Part shown: positions 9,082 through 20,727 of the stretch, one piece after another | How the letters are laid out: the number at the start of each line of letters is the position of its first letter | Numbering within the stretch: position 1 is the stretch's first letter | Assembly: GCA_963781885.1 (NCBI GenBank) | Contig: CAWAHW010000002.1 | Location: 640,001-704,000 of the forward strand | Reading direction: 5' to 3' | Source: an uncultured Spirochaetota bacterium | GTDB taxonomy: Bacteria > Spirochaetota > Spirochaetia > SZUA-6 > Fen-1364 | DNA: 64,000 nucleotides | Position numbers and translations under genes: made by a program | The notes under the pieces: generated by a model | What the model saw: only the letters and a program-made list of their open reading frames with translations | The model's database searches: none | Told to the model about the DNA's origin: nothing

Positions 9082-9780
9082 TCAGTCTGGACCGATCGAT
9101 GTTCCCACGAAGCTTTGCCCATCGAGGATGCGCGCGACATTTTCCAGGTTGCGCCCCTCGGCGAATATCACGCGGATCCGGGATCGCGCCGCGGCGTGCG
9201 CGGCAGTCGGGTCGAATGGGGTGTTTTTCCCCGGCGTCCAATCGTCACCAATAATGGAGAGAAGCCCGGCCCAGGAGACCTTTTCCAGAGGTCGGGCGGA
9301 CGGATCGATCTTCGGGTCGGCTGAATAGACTTGCGCGATATTCGACAGGTTGATCACCGTGGACGCCGAAAAACGCTGCGCAAGCACGACCGCGTCATTG
9401 TCGGTGGAGAAGCCCGGTTTCCATCCCGCGCCGACGAGGACGCGACCGGCAAAGACCGCCACCGCGGTGGGGTCCGTGACGAGGTCCTCCACGCACCACG
9501 TCCGGAAGATGCGCCGCAGGAGCTCGCCGTTCACGCGGGTGGCGGCGATGCCGACCCAATCGAGGTCCTCCGCGCGGGCGTCCGTGGTCACCTCGCGGAG
9601 CGCTGCCTGGTAGTCGCGCGCGAGACTCCCGCCGCCGCAGACGATGATGAGCCTGCGCTCGCCGTCCTTCTCGAGGTATTTTCCCACGAGGTCGTGGAAC
9701 GCCTTCAGGAACGCGGGGTCGATGCCCCGGGGCGCGATGATCGAGCCGCCGAGTGAAATGACCGTGACTTTGTCGGACAT
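9082..9780 (-). CDS. pyrH: UMP kinase, archaeal/spirochaete type
   Basis: VISLGGSII, VCGGG..AR.YQ, LDWVGIAATR.N, GWKPGFSTD, YSADPK, PFDP.A. Confidence 0.92.
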   Translation of the reverse strand: MSDKVTVISLGGSIIAPRGIDPAFLKAFHDLVGKYLEKDGERRLIIVCGGGSLARDYQAALREVTTDARAEDLDWVGIAATRVNGELLRRIFRTWCVEDLVTDPTAVAVFAGRVLVGAGWKPGFSTDNDAVVLAQRFSASTVINLSNIAQVYSADPKIDPSARPLEKVSWAGLLSIIGDDWTPGKNTPFDPTAAHAAARSRIRVIFAEGRNLENVARILDGQSFVGTSIGPD

Positions 9781-9886
9781 GATCCTACTATAGAACATAC
9801 GGGGAGGCCCCGCCAGCGGCACGGCGTGCGCCCCATTGCGGTATGCATTACTTGCAAAAGCATGCATCTCGGTTTATATGTCCTGC

Positions 9887-10837
9887 ATGGTAAATACAAA
9901 GGTTCTCATCGCCGATACCCTGGCGAAGGAAGGCATGGAGGAGTTCGCGCGGTTCCCCAGTCTTGACCTCGTGGTGAAGACGGGCCTTCCCGTGGACAAG
10001 CTGATGGCGGAGGTGGGGGACGCTGCGGGCCTCGTCGTACGCTCGGCGACGCAGGCGACGCGTGAGGTGATCGCCGCCGGTCGCAGCCTGAAGGTCATCG
10101 GGAGGGCCGGCGCCGGCGTGGACAACATCGACGTGAAGGCGGCCGCCGAGCGCGGCATCGTCGTGCTCAACACGCCCGGCGGGAACGCTGAGGCGGCCGG
10201 TGAGCTCGCCGTTGCCATGATGTTCGCCCTGGCGCGCGACCTCGCGCGGGCGGATGCGACGATGAAGGCCGGCAAATGGGACAAGAAGAGCTTTAGCGGC
10301 ATCGAGCTCCTGGGAAAGACCCTGGGTCTCGTCGGCATCGGCAACGTGGGCAGCATCGTCGGGAAGCACGCGCGGGCCCTGGGGATGAAGGTGGTGGCCT
10401 GCGATCCATTCGTGAGTGAAGAGAAGGCCGCAGCCCTCGGCTTCCGCCTTGCAGCTTTCGACGAGGTGATCGGCATTGCCGATTTCGTCTCCATTCACTC
10501 CCCGCGCACGGAACAGACGCGGGGGCTTTTCAACGCGAAGACATTCGCGCGGATGAAGAAGGGCGTCTTCCTCATCAACTGCGCGCGCGGCGGCATCGTC
10601 GTGGAGAAGGACCTGATCGCGGCCCTGGACGACGGCACCGTGCGGGGCGCCGGCGTCGACGTGTTCGACAAGGAGCCGCCCGAAGAGTGGAGCCTCGCGC
10701 GGCATCCGAAGGTGATCGCCACGCCGCACCTGGGCGCCACCACGGGTGAAGCGCAGGTGAATGTCTCCGTGATGATCGCGCGGCAGATCGGCGCCTATCT
10801 CACCCGGGGGGAAATCGTCAACGCGGTGAAGGCGTAG
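9887..10837 (+). CDS. serA: D-3-phosphoglycerate dehydrogenase-like D-2-hydroxyacid dehydrogenase (short, no ACT domain)
   Basis: VRSAT, RAGAGVDNID, GIGNVG, NCARGGIV, TPHLGATT.EAQ. Confidence 0.85.
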   Translation: MVNTKVLIADTLAKEGMEEFARFPSLDLVVKTGLPVDKLMAEVGDAAGLVVRSATQATREVIAAGRSLKVIGRAGAGVDNIDVKAAAERGIVVLNTPGGNAEAAGELAVAMMFALARDLARADATMKAGKWDKKSFSGIELLGKTLGLVGIGNVGSIVGKHARALGMKVVACDPFVSEEKAAALGFRLAAFDEVIGIADFVSIHSPRTEQTRGLFNAKTFARMKKGVFLINCARGGIVVEKDLIAALDDGTVRGAGVDVFDKEPPEEWSLARHPKVIATPHLGATTGEAQVNVSVMIARQIGAYLTRGEIVNAVKA

Positions 10838-10940
10838 GCGGGGCTCGGCGTCGCCGCGGCGGCCGGTTCTCCTGCGCCCGGCACGCCCCTTCTTGTCGAA
10901 AAATCCCGCCGGGGGTACATTGCTTTGAGGGGCGGGAGCC

Positions 10941-11729
10941 ATGAGCGCTGACATCACGGATCTGTTGAGAGACTGGGAGTTCGACTCGGACAACCAGATA
11001 CGCATCATCCAGGCGGAGGACGGCCGTCAGGTGCTTCAGGTCCGTCAGCCAATGGGCATCGAGCAGTACGAGCTGGATGGAAGGCCGGACGGGAAGAAGC
11101 CCTTCGGCCGCGATTCGGCGCTGGAGGAGTTCCAGTCGCGCCTGGAGAGCTACACGCAGGCCCACGGCGGGGACGAAGGTTTCACCCTCTCGCATGAGGA
11201 TTTCGCCGCCCTCCAAGGCGAGGGTGTGCTTTTCTATTTCCGCTACCTCGTGCTTTTCCAGATCGGGGATTTTGCGCGCACCGCGCGCGACACGGAGCAC
11301 AATCTCGCCCTGTTCGCGCTCGTGGAAAGATTCATCGAGAACGACGACGACCGTAGGGAGCTTCTCCAGTACAAGCCGTACGTCGTCCGCATGAACGCGA
11401 TTGCCCGCGCCATGATCTCCCTGCACAAAGAGATGAAGAGCACGGCGGAAGACATCCTTGCAACGGCGATCTCCGCAATTGAAGGCATGCACGAAATCGA
11501 CACGCCGGCATTCCAGTTCGAGCGGGTGCGCTCGCTGAACTACCTGAAGGCCACGCTGAAGCAGATCCACGAGAAGAAGGATTCCCCGCTGGAGGCGTTG
11601 AAAGGAGAGCTGCAGACCGCGATCGACGACGAGGACTACGAGAAAGCGGCCTCGTTGCGTGACCGGATACGGCAGCTCGACGTGAACGACGACGACCCGG
11701 GAGAGGTGCTGCGGGACACGGAGGAATAG
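10941..11729 (+). CDS. Conserved protein with a C-terminal UvrB/UvrC (UVR) motif
   Basis: N-terminal DGRPDG..P.G conserved stretch; C-terminal AIDDEDYEKAASLRDRI; GGAG RBS. Confidence 0.8.
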   Translation: MSADITDLLRDWEFDSDNQIRIIQAEDGRQVLQVRQPMGIEQYELDGRPDGKKPFGRDSALEEFQSRLESYTQAHGGDEGFTLSHEDFAALQGEGVLFYFRYLVLFQIGDFARTARDTEHNLALFALVERFIENDDDRRELLQYKPYVVRMNAIARAMISLHKEMKSTAEDILATAISAIEGMHEIDTPAFQFERVRSLNYLKATLKQIHEKKDSPLEALKGELQTAIDDEDYEKAASLRDRIRQLDVNDDDPGEVLRDTEE

Positions 11730-11811
11730 GGCGCGGGAGCGCCTTGTACCGGCTCCATCCTCGCTTGCCCCTCCTGCCGCGTCCTGCTATTCTGGCGACC
11801 GGAGCGTCCCC

Positions 11812-12159
11812 ATGATCAAGAGAAAAAGCGACATGCAGAGAGAGGTGCGCGAGCGCATGCGCGATGGCACGGGCGCCGTCGAGCTCCTCCACATCTACCG
11901 CAAGGAGGAGCTCGCGGCAAAAACGCGTCTCTTCGCGCGGCTGCGCCTCGCGCCCGGCAGCTCCATCGGCTATCACACCCATGACGGCGAGGAGGAGGTG
12001 TACTACATCCTCCAGGGCACCGCGACGGTGAACGACCAGGGCGTCACCTCGACGGTCGGTCCGGGCGACGCCGTGCTGACCGGCGGGGGCGCGGGGCACG
12101 CCATCTCCAACCAGGGCACCGAGGCCGTCGAGCTCCTTGCCGTGATCCTCGTGTCCTGA
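11812..12159 (+). CDS. Cupin domain protein
   Basis: PGSSIGYHTH..EEEVYYILQG...GPGD.......GH. Confidence 0.9.
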   Translation: MIKRKSDMQREVRERMRDGTGAVELLHIYRKEELAAKTRLFARLRLAPGSSIGYHTHDGEEEVYYILQGTATVNDQGVTSTVGPGDAVLTGGGAGHAISNQGTEAVELLAVILVS

Positions 12160-12169
12160 GCCCACGCCG

Positions 12170-14651
12170 ATGCTTTTCTTCGGTCCCCGTCGTCCCCCCG
12201 AAAGGATCGCGACCTCCTTTCGCTGGCTTGAGCCGCGCCCCCTTGCCGCCATCGAATCCCCGTCCTACTCCGCACGGTACGGGAAGGGAAGCTACGCGCT
12301 GGTGCTGCACAAGGACAGCTGCTTCGCGTGGGAGACGGTCGGCGGCACGGAGGGATTCTCCGACGTCGTCGTGGAGGCGGACATCGAGCTTGGACCGGCG
12401 AACGGGCATTCGGCGATCGGCCTCCTCTTCCGCCGCGTCGACGACGAGAACTTCTACTCCTTCCTCATCTCCACGCGGGGCAATTTCCGCATCGACCTCC
12501 TTTTCAACAGGCACCCGCTGCGCCTGGTGGACTGGACGCCTGTGCCGGCGCCGGATGACGACCCGGGGGGAGCGGGCGGCGCCGCGCGGCGGGTGAAGAT
12601 CGTCGCGCACGGCTCACGCTTTTCCTTCCACGTCGACGACGAGTGGGTGGCGGAGCTGGAGGACGAGACGCTTCCGGCGGGCGGCGTCGGGTTCGCGGCG
12701 CAGAACTTTGCCGGCGCGACCCCGGGCAGCTTCCACCTGCGGCGTCTTCTCGTCGACGCGCGGCCGCTCGTCGTGGAAAAGGAACATACCCGCTGGCGCT
12801 ACTACGCCCCCATTTCACCGGCCTCGCGCGTGCGCCTGGCCGAGACTCTTGCCGGGTCCGGGGCGTTCGACTCCGCCGTCGTCCAGCTCCGGAAGGCGCT
12901 GAAGGATCGCGCCGGCACGCCGCGGGAGCATTCGCTCCTGGCCGAATGCTACCTCAGGCTTTCCTTCCACGCCGACGCCCTGACGGAGATCGACCTTGTG
13001 CGGGCCCTCCAGCCCGACTATCCGGGCGCGGCCCGCGAACGGGCCAATATCCTCTACCTCTCACAGCGCATCCTGGAGGCGCGTGATGCCCTGCGGGCGG
13101 GCTTTGCCGACGGCACGATCGAACGGGAGGCAGACGCGTTCAATCTCCTGGGCAACGCGGAGTACGCGCTGGGCAACTGGGATGAGGCGATCGAAGCTTA
13201 TCGGAAGGCCGTGGAGGGGGAACCGGAGAACCCGCTTTTCCTTCAGAACGCCGCGCGAAGCATGGAAATGGCCGCCCGGGACCCCGAGGCCGTGGACCTT
13301 TACCTGAAATCCGCGCGCATCCTTTTTTCCGAGGAAGCATTCGACGAGCTTTCCCTCATCGTTCCGCGGGTGCTCGCCCTTGCCCCGGACGACCCGCGGG
13401 TCCATGCGCTGGAAGCGAAGATGCTCTACCGCGAAGGCAAGAGCGACGAGGCATTCGCCATTCTGCGGGAGCTGGAGAACGAGGGAAGCGACGACAGCGC
13501 CGTGCACTATCTCCTGGGGCTGCTCCTGGCGGCAAAGGGCCGCAAGGCCGACGCCTTGACGCGATTCATGCGCGCCGCGGAGCTGGAGAAGGATTTCCCC
13601 CTCTACCAGTTCCGGCTTGCCGAGACGCAGCACTTCCTCGGCCGGGACCCCCACGAGGCGCTGGACAGGGCGCTTGCCCTTGCGCCGTCGGATCCCTGGG
13701 CGAACAACCTGGCCGGCCAGTTGCGCCTGGAGGCGCAGGACCCGGCAGGCGCGATCCCTTGCCTGGAGACGGCGCACGCCGCGGCGCCGGCGGAAGTGGA
13801 CATCGCCATCAACCTTTCTGAGGCCCTTTCCCTGACGGGCAGGCAGGCCGATGCGATGCGGGTCATCGAGGATGTCGCCGCCGCGGCCGGTGACAACGCG
13901 CGGCTGGCCAACCAGCGGGGGACCCTCGCGTCGCGGCAGGGTGACCGCGAGCGCGCCGTGCGCGAATATGAGACAGCCATCCGCCTCGATCCCGCGGCCC
14001 CCGTCTACAAAGAGAACTGCGCCGCGGCGTGCCTCGAGCTGGACATGGTGCACCGCGCGGAAGAGCTGCTCGCCCTGGTGGAGCCGGAGCATCCCTCGGC
14101 ATCGGTCTACAACCTGCTCGGGCAGGTGGCGGTGCTGAAGGGGGAGCGCGCGCGCGGCGTCCTGGCCTACCAGGCCGGCCTCGACCGCGACCCGGGGAAC
14201 GTCGATCTCACGCTCAATCTCGCCCTCGTGCAGAACGAGCGGGGGAAGCACGACGAGGCGCGCGACCTGCTCCTGGCGCTCCTTGCCCGAAGCCCCGGGC
14301 ACGAACGGGCGCGCGCGCTTCTCCAGCGCATCCGCAATGAGCACGAGATGAGGGATCTCCTGTGCGCTCTGCGGCCGGGAGTGGTGGGCTCCCCGGGAGC
14401 TTCCGCCGCAGCAGGGCATCCGTGTGCGCGGGGAACCCCCGGCGGACGCCCCGGCGGGAAGGTGCCCGCGCTGCGGCAAGGTCTATTGTGTGGGCTGCGC
14501 ATCGGCAACCATCCGCAACATGCGCTTCCATTGCCCGGACTGCGGCGAGCCGCTGAAGCACTCCGACGACGCGCTGAAATGGCTTCTTGCGCGCGCGATC
14601 GAAGGCCCGGCGGAGCGCTCCGGGACCGCCGCGAAAGGCTTCTTGCCTTGA
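12170..14651 (+). CDS. TPR protein with an N-terminal beta-rich (DUF1080/concanavalin-like) domain and a C-terminal Cys-rich Zn-ribbon (frameshift at about 14353)
   Basis: GLLFRR.D..NFY.F.I...G N-terminal domain, then many TPRs; removing one G in AGGGATC gives CALC...CPRC.KVYCVGC...CPDC, ending at 14651. Confidence 0.8.
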
Positions 14652-14675
14652 CAAAGCCGTTTGCATGGTTACATT
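14648..14675 (+). promoter_or_regulatory. Sigma70-type promoter upstream of lolA
   Basis: TTGACA, 16 bp, TACATT. Confidence 0.55.
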
Positions 14676-14685
14676 GGGGTCAGCC

Positions 14686-15366
14686 TTGAACAGAAAAGCC
14701 GTTTTTCCCGCCATTCTCTGTATCCTGCTGTCCGCGTTCGCCTTCGGGCAGTCGAACGAGCTCGTTTCGGCGGAGAAGTATTTCGATACGCTCTCCGCGA
14801 GCTTCAGCGCGGTGAACGACTATGTCGCCGACATCAGCATCACGAACGGCAAGGCGAGCTACCACGGCCGGCTGTCGTACAAGTCGCCCCTGTTCCTGCG
14901 CATCGACTTCGACGACCCTCCCAAAATGGTGCTCAATTTCGACGGCCAGAAGCTCCAGTGGTATTCGCCGCAGAACGCGGTGGTGCTCGAGCAGGACTAC
15001 AAGAAGCGCGGCGCCGGCCAGACGGAGGCAATGGCGAGCAATCAGAGCTTCGCCCTCTGGAAGCGGAATTTCTCCATCGCCTACCTCACGGGCCCCGCGC
15101 CCGTCCCGCTGGAGGACGGCTCCCACGAGATGGTGGTCAAGCTGAAGCTTGTCTCGCGCGGCACCACGAACTTCACGCAGATGATCCTGTCGGTGAAGGA
15201 CTCTCTCATCCGCCGCGTGGAGGGGACCATGGCAGGCGGGGACAAGGTTGTCATGGACTATGCGAATATCCGAACGAACCAGGGGGTTCCCGACTCGCGT
15301 TTCGCGTATGACGCACCGGTCACGGTGAACACGATCCAGGACTGGCTCTTCGATTCGACGCAATAG
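14686..15366 (+). CDS. lolA: Outer-membrane lipoprotein carrier LolA family protein
   Basis: TTG start and signal peptide; G.L.YKSP..LRIDF..P...L.FDG..L.WY.P; C-terminal N..TNQGVPDSRF.Y. Confidence 0.8.
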   Translation: MNRKAVFPAILCILLSAFAFGQSNELVSAEKYFDTLSASFSAVNDYVADISITNGKASYHGRLSYKSPLFLRIDFDDPPKMVLNFDGQKLQWYSPQNAVVLEQDYKKRGAGQTEAMASNQSFALWKRNFSIAYLTGPAPVPLEDGSHEMVVKLKLVSRGTTNFTQMILSVKDSLIRRVEGTMAGGDKVVMDYANIRTNQGVPDSRFAYDAPVTVNTIQDWLFDSTQ

Positions 15367-15374
15367 CAGGTAAT

Positions 15375-16502
15375 ATGGAATCGATCGGCGAGAAGCTTCG
15401 ACTGGCGCGCGAGCGCAACAACCTGACCATCGACCAGATCGCGCGGGAGACCCATGTCGCGAAGCGTTTCCTCAAGGCGCTGGAAGACGAGGACTTCGCC
15501 ACGTTCCCCGGCGAGACCTACGCCCTGGGCTTCCTCCGCAACTACGCGGAGTATCTCGGTCTTTCCCCGGACGAGCTGGTCGGCATCTACCGCAACATCA
15601 AGATCCAGGAGCAGCCGCTGCCGATGAACGAGCTGCTGGAGACGAAACCCAAGCTTCCCCCCCTGCGCCTGATCATTTTCATCGCGGCCGCGGTGCTCGT
15701 CCTGGCTGCCGCCGGCTACCTGATCTACCGGGCCACCACCCACGCGGGGGGCGGCGCCGCCGCCACGCAGCGCGCGCCGTCAGGCTCCTCGAGCGACTTC
15801 GTCTTCCAGGACGAGGTGAGCACGCAGTGGTTCAACCAGGGAGACGGCATCTCCATCCCGTACAATGGAAAGACCTACCGGATCGTGATCGCGAATATCG
15901 GCGACACGCTCACCCTCAAGGTGCCCGGCGGCACCGTGGACATGGGGCTGGGCAAGGAGCGCTACATCGACCTGGACGCCGACTCCACGCCGGAGATGCG
16001 CATCGTCTGGAACGACGTGGACCTCGGCTCCTCGTTGAAGCGCGTGAATCTCGGCCTCTACCGCACGACGGGGCAGGCTGCCACCGGTGTCACCTCCACG
16101 GTGGAGGATGCCTCTTCCACGGCGGCGTTGGCCGCGGCGCCGTCCGCGTCCTCCACGCCGCCGATCCGCACCGACACGTTCAAGACCCTGGCGATTCTCA
16201 CCGCGCCGCAGTCGGGTCTTTTCACCCTGGATTTCACATTCAAGAATGACTGCCTCTTCCGTTACCTCGTGGATGGCAAGGATCGCGAGGACCGCTTCTT
16301 CCAGAAGGGGGAGCAGTTCACCATCGACACGGGAAAGGTCCAGGTGATGATCTGGCTCTCCAACGCGGGGGCGGCCCGCATGCGCGTCCAGGGCAGGGAC
16401 TTCGAGCTGGGAGACCTCGGCGAGGTGGCCACCCGCAAGATCGCCTGGCGCAAGGACACGAATGCGGGCGGGTATGTCCTCGAGATCACGCCGCAGTACT
16501 GA
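15375..16502 (+). CDS. rodZ: RodZ-like helix-turn-helix membrane protein
   Basis: IGEKLR.ARE....TIDQIARET.......ALE.EDF..FPGETY..GFLRNYAEYLGL, then one TM helix. Confidence 0.85.
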   Translation: MESIGEKLRLARERNNLTIDQIARETHVAKRFLKALEDEDFATFPGETYALGFLRNYAEYLGLSPDELVGIYRNIKIQEQPLPMNELLETKPKLPPLRLIIFIAAAVLVLAAAGYLIYRATTHAGGGAAATQRAPSGSSSDFVFQDEVSTQWFNQGDGISIPYNGKTYRIVIANIGDTLTLKVPGGTVDMGLGKERYIDLDADSTPEMRIVWNDVDLGSSLKRVNLGLYRTTGQAATGVTSTVEDASSTAALAAAPSASSTPPIRTDTFKTLAILTAPQSGLFTLDFTFKNDCLFRYLVDGKDREDRFFQKGEQFTIDTGKVQVMIWLSNAGAARMRVQGRDFELGDLGEVATRKIAWRKDTNAGGYVLEITPQY

Positions 16503-17846
16503 GGGCGACGACCGCATCCGCAGAAGGATTTCCCCCGCCAGCAGCGCCACGCCCCATCGCAGTTTCCACGTGGAAAGTCTCGGATGCGCGAAGAACCAGG
16601 TGGATTCCGAGCTCATGATCGCGTCACTCGAGCGGGCAGGGTGGCGTCTGGCGGATTCACCCGACGACGCCGAGGTGATCGTCGTGAACACGTGCGGCTT
16701 CATCAACGCGGCGAAAAAGGAATCCATCGAGACGAGCCTCGAGATGAAGGCGCGCCATCCCGGGACGGAAGGTGATCATGGTGGGCTGCCTCTCCGAGCG
16801 CTACGGGGAGGAGCTCGCGCGGCGAGCTTCCCGAGATCGACGCCTTCCTGGGCAACCGCGACCCCGCGGCCATCGTGGACGTCGTGGAAGGCCGCGTTCC
16901 CGTCGACGCTGCCGGAGGGAGGCCGTACGAGCGGGCCCATCTCCTGTCCTATCCCGGCAGCGCGTACGTGAAGATCGCCGAAGGCTGCTCCAATCGCTGT
17001 ACCTACTGCGCCATCCCGCTGATACGCGGCGAGCTTGCAAGCCGCAGCCGGGCGGAGATCATCGATGAGGCGCGCGGTCTCCTGGACCGCGGCGCGCGCG
17101 AGCTCGTTCTGATCGCGCAGGACCTCGGATCGTGGGGCAGGGACCTCGGCGAGGCCCGGCTCACAAATCTGCTGGAGGATCTCTCCCGTCTGCCCGGCGA
17201 TTTCTGGGTCAGGCTCCTGTACATTCATCCGGATCATTTCCCCCCGGGGCTGCTCGACCTCATGGCCGGGGACGCCCGGTTTCTCCCGTACTTCGATCTG
17301 CCCTTCCAGCACGCAGCGCCTGACATCCTTCTGGCGATGGGTCGGCGGAACGATCCCGCGCGCAATGTCGGGCTCGTGACCGAAATCCGCGCCCGGCTTC
17401 CCGACGCCGTGATCAGGTCCACGTTCCTCCTCGGCTTTCCCGGCGAGACTGACGCGGATTTCGACATCCTGCTCGATTTCCAGGAACGCCTGCGTCCCGA
17501 TTGGCTGGGCTCCTTCACGTACTCGCGGGAGGAGGAGACCCCCGCGTATGAAATGGGCGGTCGCGTCACCAAGGCCGTCGCGGAGAAACGGAAGGAGGAG
17601 CTGGAGCGTCGCCAGACGGGCATCACCGACCGCGCGCTGGACCGGTACGTCGGGCGCACGCTTGACGTGCTGGTGGAAGAGCGCGTGCAGGGCGAGGAGC
17701 TGTCGCTGGGACGCGCCTACCTGCAGGCGCCCGACGTCGACGGCCTCGTGGTCGTGCGCGGCACCTTCGATGCCGGCCGCATGGTGCGGGTGCGCATCGA
17801 CAGACGCAATGGAGTTGACCTGGAGGGGGGCGTCGTTGGGCGCTGA
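16474..17846 (+). CDS. rimO: Ribosomal protein S12 methylthiotransferase (frameshifts at about 16763 and 16821; start uncertain)
   Basis: SLGCAKNQVDSE, VNTCGFI, GCL..RY, KIAEGCSNRCTYCAIP, C-terminal TRAM (QAPDVDG). Confidence 0.9.
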
Positions 17847-19936
17847 GCCGGCGTACATGGCGGTGCTCAATCCCGAGCAGCGCGAGGCCGTGATCCATTC
17901 CGGCAGCCCGCTCCTCATCCTTGCCGGCGCAGGGTCGGGAAAGACGCGCGTCATCACGACCAAGATCGCCTGGCTCATCGAGCACCACGCCATGAATCCG
18001 CGCTCCATACTCGCCGTCACCTTCACGAACAAGGCGGCGCAGGAGATGAAGGAGCGGGTCGTCTCGCTCGTGCCCCACGCGGAGGAGGTCATGGTGAAGA
18101 CCTTCCACTCCTTCGGGGCATGGTTCCTGCGGCGGAACGCGAAGCTCGCCGGGCCTTGCCCCGTCCTTCCACATCTATGACGATGACGACTCCGTGTCCC
18201 TGCTGAAGAACATACTCGGCACGACGGAGGACCGGGGCTCCCTGCGCCGCAGCCTGGAAGAGATAAGCCGGGTGAAGGACCTGGGCATCGGCCCCGACGA
18301 GCCGGAGGAGGTCATCACACGCGCGGGCTGCTCCTGTGACGTCTACCGCGCCTATGAAAAGGCGAAGCGCGCCACCGGCAATGTCGACTTCGGCGACCTG
18401 ATCCTCCTGCCGCTCCAGCTCCTCATGCATACCCCCGAGCTGCGCGAGCGAACGCGGCAGAGATTCCGCGTCGTGCTGGTCGACGAGTACCAGGACTCGA
18501 ACAAGGCGCAGTTCGAGCTCCTGCGGGAGCTCTGGGGTCCCGAGACGTATCTCTGCGTCGTGGGCGACGACGACCAGTCCATCTACCGTTTCCGCGGGGC
18601 GGAGGTGGGCAATATCCTCAATTTCCCGAAGGTGTTTCCCGGCACGCAGATCGTGCGCCTGGAGCGGAATTACCGCTCCACCCAGGCGATACTCGATGCG
18701 GCGTCCACCGTGGTGAGCAACAACGTGGGTCGGCTGGGCAAAACGCTCTGGACCGAGAAGCCGGGCGGCGAGCCTCCCCGCGTGGTCTGCTGCATCGACC
18801 AGGAGGAGGAGGCGGAGCTCTGCAGCCGTATCGTGCTTGACGGTTTTCAGGGCACCACGGCGATCCTGTACCGCATGAACGCGCAGTCCCTGCCGTTCGA
18901 GAAGCGCTTCCGCGACGACGGCATCAGATTCCGGCTGGTGGGTACCGTGCGCTTCTATTCGCGTGAGGAAGTGAAGGACGCCATCGCCTACCTCTCCCTC
19001 CTCATGAACGGGAACGACGAGGTATCGTTCCGCCGCGTCGTGAACAAGCCCAGCCGGGGTATCGGGGCGGCGAGCGTCGACAAGATCGTCGACGAGTGGC
19101 GCCGTGAGACCGCGGCCGGCAGGGACTTCGACCTGCTGCGCGCCAGTCGACGCGTCTCCGGCAGGCTTTCCGCCCGCGCGCGGGTGGGGCTCGCGGCGCT
19201 GCTCTCTGCCATGGACGAGCTCGCGCGGCGCGCCAATGAGATGCCCATCGCGGAGCTCGCCCGACTCATGCTCGGACGGACGGGGTTGTACGAGATGTAC
19301 AAGGCGCGCGACACCTCGGAGGAAACCTCCAAGACGGACAACCTCGAGGAAATGGTGAGCGACATGGCCTCCTACGGCGCGGGGCCCGCGGCACTCACGG
19401 CCTTCCTGGAAAGCGTCGCACTTGCGAGCCCCCTGGACGGGGAGACGAACGCGGAGGACGTGCAGGTCACCCTCATCACCATGCACAACACGAAGGGCCT
19501 CGAGTTCGACCGCGTCATCATCACCGGTCTGGAGGAGGGCATCTTCCCCCACGACTCCAGCAGCGGCAGCGCCGAAGACGTGGAAGAGGAGAGGCGCCTT
19601 TTCTACGTGGGCATCACGCGCGCGCGGGAGCGCCTCCTCATGACGTGGTGCCAGCGCCGGAGGCTTTTCGGCCGCACGACCGAGATGTCCCCTTCGCGCT
19701 TTCTCGACGAGCTGCCCGAGGGCATCGCGCGCACGGGCGGGGAGGGGGACACCGGGCCCGAGACGGAATTCCCCGTCGGGTCGGGCGTCTATCACGAGGA
19801 ATATGGTCCCGGCGTTGTCGAGCGATCGTGGTATAGTGATGGCGCCGTGCTCGTGCAGGTCCGTTTCGAGTCGGGTCGCGTGGGGAAATTCCTCCCGAAA
19901 TACGCGCGGCTGGAGCGGATCCACATCGGAGACTGA
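17836..19936 (+). CDS. pcrA: UvrD/PcrA ATP-dependent DNA helicase (frameshift at about 18152)
   Basis: LAGAGSGKT, TFTNKAA, VDEYQD, VGDDDQSIYRFRGA, NYRST, KGLEF, EEERRLFYVGITRA. Confidence 0.92.
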
Positions 19937-19938
19937 GA

Positions 19939-20727
19939 ATGGAGCAACGATTGAAGGACGTGCAGTCGAGCCCCGACTTTCGCAATATGCCCATCCAGAA
20001 GGTGGGGATCCGCCAGATCCGCTACCCCATCACCGTGCGGGACAAGAGCAGGGATACCCAGCAGACAGTGGCGAACGTGAGCCTGTCGGTGAATCTCCCG
20101 CACACGAACCGGGGCACCCACATGAGCCGATTCGTGGAGGTGCTCGATCGTTTCAAGAACGAGGTGAGCTACCACAACCTGGATCGCATCCTCATCGAGA
20201 TCAAGAGGACGCTCCAGGCGGAGGAGTCGCACATCGAGCTTGCCTTCCCCTTCTTCCTGCGCCGCAAGGCGCCCGTCTCGGGCATGGAATCCCTCATGTC
20301 CTACGACTGCCGCATCGAGGCGACCTACGGGGCGCACATGCAGATCGCCACCCGGGTCGACGTCCCCGTGCACACCCTTTGCCCCTGCTCCAAGGAGATC
20401 TCGGAATACTCCGCGCATAACCAACGCGGCATGGTCGCCATCACCGTGGGCATGACGAAGTTCATCTGGATCGAAGACATCATCCAGATCGCGGAAGACG
20501 CCGCCTCCAGCCCCCTCTACGCCCTCCTGAAGCGGGAGGACGAGAAGTACGTCACTGAGCGCGCCTACGAAAACCCGCGTTTCGTGGAGGACGTCGTGCG
20601 GGAGGTCGCCCTCCGCCTCCAGTCCCTCCCCGGCCTGCGCTACCACATCGTCGAGGTGGAAAACTTCGAGTCCATTCATAATCACAGCGCCTATGCGGTC
20701 ATTGCAAAAAGCTTCGATGCAGGATAG
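19939..20727 (+). CDS. folE2: GTP cyclohydrolase IB
   Basis: DVQ, RGTHMSRF, TLCPCSKEIS...AHNQR, LKREDEK, ENPRFVED, ESIHNHSAYA. Confidence 0.96.
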   Translation: MEQRLKDVQSSPDFRNMPIQKVGIRQIRYPITVRDKSRDTQQTVANVSLSVNLPHTNRGTHMSRFVEVLDRFKNEVSYHNLDRILIEIKRTLQAEESHIELAFPFFLRRKAPVSGMESLMSYDCRIEATYGAHMQIATRVDVPVHTLCPCSKEISEYSAHNQRGMVAITVGMTKFIWIEDIIQIAEDAASSPLYALLKREDEKYVTERAYENPRFVEDVVREVALRLQSLPGLRYHIVEVENFESIHNHSAYAVIAKSFDAG

